A stretch of DNA of 12,925 nt from an uncultured Gemmatimonadota bacterium (GTDB taxonomy: Bacteria > SM23-81 > DAOVCL01), in the NCBI GenBank assembly GCA_964626665.1, contig CAZVGK010000053.1, positions 1 through 12,925 of the forward strand, read 5' to 3'. The position numbers and the translations under genes are program-made. The notes under the pieces were generated by a model. It did not search any database and was not told where the DNA came from. It saw nothing but the letters and a program-made list of their open reading frames with translations. This document shows positions 6,332 through 12,925 of the stretch, piece after piece (the first letter of the stretch is position 1; each line of letters begins with the position of its first letter).

Positions 6332-7796
6332 AATGTCATTTTTGTCCCTTGTTTTTGCCTTTCTTTTCTCCATCCCTTCCTCGGCGAAGCCCCCTTATAG
6401 ACAGGGGGATTGGATAAGCTACTCCGATTTCCGTTGGGTAACCTCAATTGCCCTCAGCCCCAGATATGTCTTTTTTGGAACCACGCAAGGGATAACCAGA
6501 TACAATCGGTACACTCAAAAGTGGGAGTATCCTTTTACCACAAGCACTGGGTTGATGGATGGCTGGGTGGAGGATCTGGCCTATGACCCCCACCGCGGTG
6601 AGCTTTGGGCCAAGACGAAAAAGGGGATCTGTGGCTATCAGCCGGCCTTTGAGGGTTGGATCTCCGGCAGCTCCTTTCCCGAAAGTTTGGCCCATTCCCA
6701 CCAGGGTAAGTTCAAACCCCCTTACTTCTTCCCTCCTTTTGGTTATCACTTCTATCCCGCGGGATATATCACCGATGATCACCTCCGGGAGTTTCCCATT
6801 TATGCTTGGCTCAAGGACGGCTGGGACAACCTCTGGCTGGGAACATGGGGGCTCAATGTGGGGGTGGGCTCCTATCGCACCCGCCAGCTAAAGCTCCTCA
6901 GCTATGGGTTGATGGGGGCGAATGTGGAGGCCATCCTGCGGGATGGGGATGACCTCTGGTTCGGGGGCGAGAACGGTTTGGGGAGCTTCCCTGGGATAAC
7001 CGTTTACAATCGCCCCTCCGGAAAATGGAGATACTTCGAATCCACTTACACAGAGGGCCTCTTAAGCGATGAGGTTACCTGCTTTGCGGCCAGCTCCACC
7101 TGGGTTTGGGTGGGAACAACTCAAGGCCTTTCCCAATACAACAAGCGCACCGGGGAATGGAGCTCTCTGACCACATTTGATGGTCTTCCGTCAGATGAGG
7201 TTACTGCCCTTAATGTTGATGCTAATTCCCTCTGGATAGGCACCTCATCGGGAATGGCCAGGCTTTACTTCCCCAATGACTCCACCCTCTCCTTAGCCAA
7301 TATGGGGTTGAAGCTGACCAGGGTCTATGATGTGGAGGCAGGGAAGGATCTCGTTTGGGTGGGAACAGAAGATGGCCTCTACGGTTGGGACAAAAACCGG
7401 GGGAAATGGATTCGGTTCTCCTCGGCTGGAGCCCCGATCTTGGGGGAGGTAACGGCGATCTCCCTTTGGAAGGATGAGGTCTGGCTCGGCACCCCCCACG
7501 CCATCTCCTGTTTCAACAAATCTACCCATAGTTGGAAGACTTTCAATCCCCCCTTATACCAAGGTGGAGGGTTTATCCTCTGCCTGGCTGCGGACACGAC
7601 CTGTGTCTGGGCAGGAACCCCCTCTGGGGCCTTGAAGTATAATCGCCAAGGTGGCTCCTGGAAGCTCTACACCACCCGGGACGGCCTCTTAGGCAATATG
7701 GTGCAGTCCATAGTTTTGGAGGGGGATTACACCTGGTTTGGCACAAGGCTTGGAGCCACCCGGTTTTACTGGAAAAGCCCTTACAGGGTTGACTAA
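6324..7796 (+). CDS. Secreted beta-propeller protein (two-component-regulator propeller-like repeats)
   Basis: ATG 6324 follows GGAGG and begins a signal peptide (MLRMSFLSLVFAFLFSIPSSA). Repeated 'W-x-G-T-x-x-G' and 'DGL-x-S-D-x-V' blades. No kinase domain is present. Confidence 0.8.
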   Translation: MLRMSFLSLVFAFLFSIPSSAKPPYRQGDWISYSDFRWVTSIALSPRYVFFGTTQGITRYNRYTQKWEYPFTTSTGLMDGWVEDLAYDPHRGELWAKTKKGICGYQPAFEGWISGSSFPESLAHSHQGKFKPPYFFPPFGYHFYPAGYITDDHLREFPIYAWLKDGWDNLWLGTWGLNVGVGSYRTRQLKLLSYGLMGANVEAILRDGDDLWFGGENGLGSFPGITVYNRPSGKWRYFESTYTEGLLSDEVTCFAASSTWVWVGTTQGLSQYNKRTGEWSSLTTFDGLPSDEVTALNVDANSLWIGTSSGMARLYFPNDSTLSLANMGLKLTRVYDVEAGKDLVWVGTEDGLYGWDKNRGKWIRFSSAGAPILGEVTAISLWKDEVWLGTPHAISCFNKSTHSWKTFNPPLYQGGGFILCLAADTTCVWAGTPSGALKYNRQGGSWKLYTTRDGLLGNMVQSIVLEGDYTWFGTRLGATRFYWKSPYRVD

Positions 7797-7870
7797 GCGA
7801 GGGCGGCCTAATTTAACCCGACCTGTTGGTAAGTCCTTGCTCAGATTCTCCAAGCCACCAAAGATTGGGC

Positions 7871-7892
7871 GGTCAGATGCCCACATCTGAAC
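7871..7892. repeat. Partial copy of the GGTCAGA..TCTGACC REP-like hairpin
   Basis: GGTCAGATGCCCACATCTGAAC has the same 22-nt length and similar arms as 3720-3741 and 12051-12072. Its stem TCAGATG/CATCTGA is perfect. Confidence 0.55.
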
Positions 7893-7973
7893 GGTGTTGG
7901 GGGGCTAAGAATGCCCTTACCTTTGGGATCTATAGTTCGGTAGGGAGAATAATTCGGGGTAAAGGAGATAAAT

Positions 7974-9497
7974 ATGGCTATTGTCTTAGATGGTTCTGGG
8001 TTGACGGTTGAAAAGTTGGTGCGTATCGCCAGCCATGGGGAAAAGGTAAAACTTCATCCCACTGCGTTGGAGCGGATCAAGTTGTGCCGCCGGATGTTAG
8101 AGGAAAAAATCGAGGCTCGGGAGATAATGTATGGGGTGAATACCGGCATTGGCGAGTTTTCGGAAGTGGTCCTGAATGACGAGCAAGTAAAGCAATTCCA
8201 GAGATACCTGATTTACAACCATGCGGCGGGCATTGGGGATCCTGCCCCCATCGAGTATGTCCGCGGCGCTATGGCCAGCCGGATCAATGTGCATGCCCAT
8301 GGCAAATCCGGTTGCCGCCCTGAGATCACCTTGACCCTGGTGGAAATGCTGAACAAGGGGGTGACCCCTGTTGTCTGTCAGAAGGGTTCCGTGGGGGCCT
8401 CCGGCGATCTGGCCCCTATGGCCCAGATTGCCCTGTTGCTTATGGGAGAGGGGGAGGCGTACTACCAGGGCCAGAGGCTGCCGGGCAAGGAGGCTATGGA
8501 GAGGGCTGGCATTCCCATCCCTGACCTGCACGCCCGGGATGGTCTGGCCATAATCAATGGCTCTAACCTTCTAACTGCAATGAGTGCCATTCATTTGTGG
8601 GATATGAACCGCTGGCTCAAACAGGCGGAGATAGCCTGCGCGATGAGCCTAGAGGCCCTTCAGGCCAATATGAAGCCCTATGACCAAAGGTTGCATCAGG
8701 CACGTGGCTTCGGGGGCGCAATGCGCAGTGCCCGGGCGATTATGAAATGTATTGAGGGCAGCGACCTCGTCTCTGGTAAACTGAAGACAAAGGTCCAAGA
8801 TGCTTATTCGATGCGCTCATCTCCTCAGGTCATCGGGGCTGCCCATGACGTCATTGCCTATGCCAGGAGTCAGGTGGAGATAGAGCTTAATGGCGTGGGA
8901 GACAACCCTGTCTTCTTCCCCGAATACAAGCTGACCATTACCGGGGCCAACTTCCAGGGCACACCGGTATCCCTGCCTATGGATATGGCGGGAGCGGCCA
9001 TTACTATGGTCTGTGTTCTATCGGAGCGTAGGCTCAACCGGTTGACCAACCCTGCCCTGAGCATGGGGCTGCCTGCTTTCTTAACCAAAGGCGCTGGTAT
9101 GTTTTCTGGGATGATGCTCAGCCAATACACGGCTGATAGCCTTATTGTGGAGCAGAGGATGCTCTCGGCCCCGGCCAGCATTGGCTCCATCCCCGCGGCC
9201 GCCGATCAGGAGGACTTCGTCTCTATGGGGATGAACACGGCCATCAAGAATGGGCAGATCCTGGAGAATGCCTATGGGGTGTTGGGCATCGAGTTTATGG
9301 CCGCCGCCCAAGCATTGGACTTCCGGGGTTTTACCCCTGGGGGGGGCGTAGCAGCGGCCAAGAGGGTTATCCGTAAATATGTGGAGCACCTGGAGGAGGA
9401 TCGGCCGATGTATACTGATCATAACAGGATGAAGGAATTGGTTAAATCAGGGGAGATCCTTGAGGAGGTTGAGAAGGTGGTGGGCAGTTTGGGATAG
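7974..9497 (+). CDS. hutH: MIO-dependent aromatic amino acid ammonia-lyase, histidine ammonia-lyase-like
   Basis: YGVNTGIG, MIO-forming GSVGASGDLAP, INGS, QDAYSMR, DNP and QED motifs, plus His in YNHAAG as in HAL. An AAGGAG Shine-Dalgarno precedes it. The family is certain; the substrate is less so. Confidence 0.8.
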   Translation: MAIVLDGSGLTVEKLVRIASHGEKVKLHPTALERIKLCRRMLEEKIEAREIMYGVNTGIGEFSEVVLNDEQVKQFQRYLIYNHAAGIGDPAPIEYVRGAMASRINVHAHGKSGCRPEITLTLVEMLNKGVTPVVCQKGSVGASGDLAPMAQIALLLMGEGEAYYQGQRLPGKEAMERAGIPIPDLHARDGLAIINGSNLLTAMSAIHLWDMNRWLKQAEIACAMSLEALQANMKPYDQRLHQARGFGGAMRSARAIMKCIEGSDLVSGKLKTKVQDAYSMRSSPQVIGAAHDVIAYARSQVEIELNGVGDNPVFFPEYKLTITGANFQGTPVSLPMDMAGAAITMVCVLSERRLNRLTNPALSMGLPAFLTKGAGMFSGMMLSQYTADSLIVEQRMLSAPASIGSIPAAADQEDFVSMGMNTAIKNGQILENAYGVLGIEFMAAAQALDFRGFTPGGGVAAAKRVIRKYVEHLEEDRPMYTDHNRMKELVKSGEILEEVEKVVGSLG

Positions 9498-9520
9498 TGG
9501 GTTCCTGCAAATTCGCCCTC

Positions 9521-9582
9521 TTTTATACAGGATTGACAAGATGAATAAAAATTCTGGAAGGCCTGTTGTCCTGTCAAAAAAA
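9521..9582. repeat. Degenerate inverted repeat of ACAGGAT/TCCTGT units, possible terminator
   Basis: TTTTATACAGGATTGACAAGAT ... CCTGTTGTCCTGTCAAAAAAA lies just downstream of the lyase stop. Confidence 0.4.
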
Positions 9583-9669
9583 CCTTCGCTGGAGTCAACT
9601 AAGTTCTGTCTCATTTGGTTTGCCGTAATTTTCCAATAATCTCAAGCTATAATCACCTTAAACTTAAAG

Positions 9670-10368
9670 ATGATAGCTACTAAGAAGGAGAAAAGTAAGA
9701 GGATAAATATTACCATTTTTCGGCCATTGGAGAGGAAGATCCTTCCTTCGATGGCGGGACATCTCCCTTCCTGGGTAAAGCCTGATTACCTTACCGCATT
9801 GGCGATGATGGGAGCCCTCTTAACCGGGTTCAGCTACTGGTTCTGCCATTGGGGAAGGGGCTTTCTTTGGCTGGCCAATTTAGGGCTTCTTATCCACTGG
9901 TGGGGAGATAGCCTGGATGGTACCCTGGCCCGCGTCAGAAAGATAGAGAGGGAAAAGTATGGCTTCTTCGTCGATCACCTCTGCGATGCGCTCTCCGTTC
10001 TGATCATCTGTGCCGGCTGGGGAGCCTCGCCCTATATGCATTTAAACATTGCCCTTCTTCTGGTTATCTCCTATTTTCTTCTAATGATCCTTGTTTACGT
10101 GCTTACCTATGTGCGGGGTATTTTCAAGATCTCCTTCGGATGGGCGGGTCCCACCGAGGTGAGGGCTCTCATATTTATTCTTAATGCCCTCCTTTACTTC
10201 TTCTATCGTCCCTTGGGGGAATTTCGTTGGTGGGGCCTCTACTTTATGGACATCTTAGGAGGAATTGCCGCCCTCACCTTGTTCCTCATCTTTTTGGTGG
10301 ATACCAGCAAGAATCTGATTTACCTGGATAAGATAGATAGGCCCAGCGAAGATTCGAATGTAAAATGA
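9670..10368 (+). CDS. CDP-alcohol phosphatidyltransferase family membrane protein
   Basis: Signature D-x-x-D-G-x-x-A-R...G-x-x-x-D-x-x-x-D (DSLDGTLAR...YGFFVDHLCD) and several hydrophobic segments. TATAAT lies upstream at 9648-9653. Confidence 0.92.
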   Translation: MIATKKEKSKRINITIFRPLERKILPSMAGHLPSWVKPDYLTALAMMGALLTGFSYWFCHWGRGFLWLANLGLLIHWWGDSLDGTLARVRKIEREKYGFFVDHLCDALSVLIICAGWGASPYMHLNIALLLVISYFLLMILVYVLTYVRGIFKISFGWAGPTEVRALIFILNALLYFFYRPLGEFRWWGLYFMDILGGIAALTLFLIFLVDTSKNLIYLDKIDRPSEDSNVK

Positions 10369-11357
10369 AGCTTAAGGATATAGGCGAATTCGGCCTTATT
10401 GGCCTGATAAGGAAGGGAGTGCCCTCTCCGGGAGGGGAAGTGCTGGTGGGGATAGGGGACGATACGGCGGTGATCAAAGGGGAGGGAGGTAACTGCCTCC
10501 TACTGACCTGTGATGCTCTGGTTGCAGGGGTTCATTTTGATCTGAGCTATACCCCCTATAGGGAGCTTGGCTGGAAGGCAATGGCGGTCAACCTATCGGA
10601 TGTGGCTTCTATGGGGGGAGTGGCTCAATATGCCCTTGTCACCCTTGGCCTTCCCCCCGGAACAGATACAGCCAAGGTAGAGGAGCTCTACCAGGGGATG
10701 GGGGGGTTGGGGGAGAGGTTTGGGGTAAGGATAGTGGGGGGGGATACTGTTTCCTCACCAGTTTTGCTGATCTCCCTGGCCCTGGCCGGAGAGGTGAGAG
10801 AAGAGCATTTAGTTACTCGTTCCGGGGCCAGGCCAGGGGATAGTCTCCTGGTCACCGGAACCTTAGGGGGCTCAGGGGCGGGATTGGCGCTGCTCAAAGG
10901 GGGATTGCCTTTCCCTCAGGGAATGGAGAGGCTTGTCCGCAAACATCTTGCCCCTCTGCCCAGGTTAAAGGAGGCCGCGCTCTTGGTGGCAAACCTAAAG
11001 CCCAGTGCGATGATTGATATAAGCGATGGGTTAGCCTTAGATCTCTCCCACCTGGCTGCCGAGAGCAGGGTAGGGGCGGAGATCTGGAAGGAGAAGATAC
11101 CCCTCCACCCTCAGGCCAAGGAGGTAGCCAGGTTTTTGGGGAGATCGCTCGACGATTTTGCCCTTTATGGGGGCGAGGACTACGAGCTTCTCTTTACCCT
11201 TCCACCTAACCAGGTGCAAAGGGCCAAAGGGCTCCTTAAGGAAACTGGCCTCACCCTAATTGGCCAAATACTCCCCCCTAAAGAGGGCTTGGTGCTCTCA
11301 GAAGAGGGTCGAAGATTGCCATTGGTAGTCAGAGGTTATGACCACTTCAGCAAGTGA
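10365..11357 (+). CDS. thiL: Thiamine-monophosphate kinase
   Basis: IGEFGLI, GIGDDTAV, VHF, NLSDVASMGG, GGDT, DISDGL and GGEDYELLF motifs. ATGA overlap with the upstream gene. Confidence 0.96.
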   Translation: MKLKDIGEFGLIGLIRKGVPSPGGEVLVGIGDDTAVIKGEGGNCLLLTCDALVAGVHFDLSYTPYRELGWKAMAVNLSDVASMGGVAQYALVTLGLPPGTDTAKVEELYQGMGGLGERFGVRIVGGDTVSSPVLLISLALAGEVREEHLVTRSGARPGDSLLVTGTLGGSGAGLALLKGGLPFPQGMERLVRKHLAPLPRLKEAALLVANLKPSAMIDISDGLALDLSHLAAESRVGAEIWKEKIPLHPQAKEVARFLGRSLDDFALYGGEDYELLFTLPPNQVQRAKGLLKETGLTLIGQILPPKEGLVLSEEGRRLPLVVRGYDHFSK

Positions 11358-11989
11358 TGGCCATAAGAAAAGAGGGATGGGTATATATCTTCTCCCTGGG
11401 CATTGCTGTTAGCCTGGTGGGTGTAATCTATCTGAAAAGCAGCAGAGGAAAGCCAAAGAGAGCTTCCCATAGGCCAGAGCTTCAATTCTCTGCCGAGAAG
11501 ATAGAGATGAGGATTAGCAGAAAAGAGGTGAGGATTAAGGGCTATTACTATTTCAGAAACAATTCTTCTCAGAAAACTATCCATAAACTTCTCATCTATC
11601 CTTTTCCAGTTGACAGCACCCATAATTTCCCTTATATTATCAGTGTCTACTATCCCTCGAGCGGGAAAAAGATTCCCTATGGATCAAAAGGGCCTGCAAA
11701 GTTAATTTACTTCCCTGTTGATCTCCCACCTAACTCCACTACTGCTGTAGTTGTGGAATACCGGCAGTCCATTCGGGCCAATAACGCCAAATACATCCTC
11801 CATACGACAAAATATTGGGGCCACCCATTGGAAAGTGCAGAGTTTCTTACCTGGGTTCCTCAAGGGTTCAAAGATGTAAAACTATCTTACCAACCCACGA
11901 AGGTAGAGACACTGCAATCTCAGATCAAGTTCACTATCAAGGAACGAGATTTCCTTCCGCACAAGGATTTAGAGATAGAGTGGAAGTAG
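11354..11989 (+). CDS. Membrane-anchored hypothetical protein, DUF4424-like
   Basis: The start overlaps the thiL stop (GTGATG). It has an N-terminal hydrophobic helix and a beta-rich body with Y-x-F-x-N...FP and YILHTTKYWGHPLESAEF, resembling DUF4424. Confidence 0.6.
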   Translation: MMAIRKEGWVYIFSLGIAVSLVGVIYLKSSRGKPKRASHRPELQFSAEKIEMRISRKEVRIKGYYYFRNNSSQKTIHKLLIYPFPVDSTHNFPYIISVYYPSSGKKIPYGSKGPAKLIYFPVDLPPNSTTAVVVEYRQSIRANNAKYILHTTKYWGHPLESAEFLTWVPQGFKDVKLSYQPTKVETLQSQIKFTIKERDFLPHKDLEIEWK

Positions 11990-12020
11990 CCCGCCTTCGA
12001 GGGAATAGGTAAGGACGCTT

Positions 12021-12106
12021 ACAGTAGCTTTGGATGTCTAATAGCGGAGCGGTCAGACCTCCTGATCTGACCGTGGCGCCCCCATAAATCGGGATGCCAC
12101 CCCGCT
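12021..12106. repeat. Structured REP-like repeat, copy B
   Basis: Homologous to 3690-3771. An outer stem AGCGG/CCGCT encloses hairpins GGTCAGA/TCTGACC and GTGGC/GCCAC. Confidence 0.8.
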
Positions 12107-12128
12107 CTGCCTGAATCCGCGGTTTCTA

Positions 12129-12168
12129 CCCAGCTTTAGCTGGGGTAACCTCTTCTGGGCTTTAGCTC
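12129..12168. repeat. Short palindromes of GCTTTAGC type
   Basis: CCCAGCT-TT-AGCTGGG (12129-12144) is followed by a related GGGCTTTAGCTC (12157-12168). Confidence 0.5.
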
Positions 12169-12245
12169 TTTTGGAGTGCTGTGATTGGAGTGACAAGGCT
12201 CCAAAATCTTAGATTAGCCAAGACAACTTCAAAAAAGGAGGTAAT

Positions 12246-12914
12246 ATGAAAAGGATAATTTTAGGTTTAACGGTGCTTTTCCTTTTTGGTTCCTCCTCGG
12301 CCTTCTCAAACCCATATCCAGTTTCACAACCAACCCTGATCAATGAAGTTCAGACCTCACTAGATTCCTTAGAGGCTATAGAACTTCATTGGGCACCCCC
12401 ACCGCCGGATATTCAAGATATCGATTTAGGTGGCTGGTTTGTTACCACCTCTGCGGGAACGGCTTATATAAATCCAGGTGTAATCCTCCCGGATAGCGGA
12501 TATGTGGTGATAAACTCTACAAACACAACGGGGGGATTCTCTCTTAATGATTCCCTTGAAACCATCAAAATCTATCCCCCTGATGAGGATTTTCTTCCAG
12601 ATTCACTCTCCATATTCTTCCTCCTTGATTCGTTCTCCATTTTCCTTCCTCCGGAAGGAAAAAGCGCAGCCCTCTGTAATGAGTTGGTTCCTGATCCAGG
12701 AGACACCGAATATTTTGACCAGATCCTCTATTTCTACTGGGACAGTTCGCCCACTTTGGGCTATGAGAATGACGACCAACATTCCTGGGGCATCATAAAA
12801 GGAGGGGTATGGGATAAGTATAATCAACCCATCTCCGGAGCCTTGATCAAAGCCTCCCTTAGGAACACCGTATATCCCACATTCCGGAAAAAATTTAAGG
12901 TCAAACACGGATAA
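12246..12914 (+). CDS. Secreted lamin-tail-domain (LTD) protein, apparently C-terminally truncated
   Basis: AAGGAGGT Shine-Dalgarno and a signal peptide. LTD pattern INEV...IELH...IDLGGW...GYVVI...FSL...PTLG-x-x-N. It then starts a carboxypeptidase-regulatory-like domain (GIIKGGVWDKYNQPISGALI) that ends prematurely. Confidence 0.65.
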   Translation: MKRIILGLTVLFLFGSSSAFSNPYPVSQPTLINEVQTSLDSLEAIELHWAPPPPDIQDIDLGGWFVTTSAGTAYINPGVILPDSGYVVINSTNTTGGFSLNDSLETIKIYPPDEDFLPDSLSIFFLLDSFSIFLPPEGKSAALCNELVPDPGDTEYFDQILYFYWDSSPTLGYENDDQHSWGIIKGGVWDKYNQPISGALIKASLRNTVYPTFRKKFKVKHG

Positions 12915-12925
12915 ATACAACGATT

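Noticed and set aside
7797-7973. Riboswitch upstream of the ammonia-lyase
   Set aside because: No conserved riboswitch motif was recognised. The one clear hairpin matches the dispersed REP-like repeat.
8097-9422. Antisense and alternate-frame ORFs within the lyase (and similar short ORFs inside other genes)
   Set aside because: These are shadow ORFs of GC-rich coding sequence with no motifs or ribosome-binding sites.
9498-9669. TPP riboswitch for the thiL-containing operon
   Set aside because: There is no CTGAGA-type TPP core in the leader.
1-12925. CRISPR array, tRNA/rRNA, or integron integrase gene
   Set aside because: I found no regularly spaced direct repeats, no tRNA or rRNA signatures, and no tyrosine-recombinase motifs in any ORF of this window.

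Overview
The window has two parts. Left (1-~3590) is the distal end of an integron-type gene-cassette array with no integrase in view. Two clear attC sites (1590-1661, 3530-3589) and one degenerate candidate (689-766) delimit three same-strand cassettes that all look like defence genes: a DUF4209/HEPN-like RxxxxH protein, an uncharacterised 182-aa protein with Ogg/AGOG-like HhH DNA-glycosylase motifs, and a NotI-family restriction endonuclease plus a Dam/D12-class N6-adenine methyltransferase. An internally deleted RAYT (Y1 HUH transposase) relic with inverted, tandemly duplicated ends sits at the junction of cassettes 1 and 2. Right (3889-12925) is a more GC-rich backbone: M42 aminopeptidase (minus strand), then on the plus strand a HAD hydrolase, acpS, a secreted beta-propeller protein, a HutH-like MIO ammonia-lyase, a CDP-alcohol phosphatidyltransferase, thiL, a DUF4424-like protein and an apparently truncated lamin-tail-domain secreted protein. 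A structured REP-like repeat occurs in three intergenic regions (3690, 7871, 12021). All family calls come from motif recognition by eye; no searches were run.
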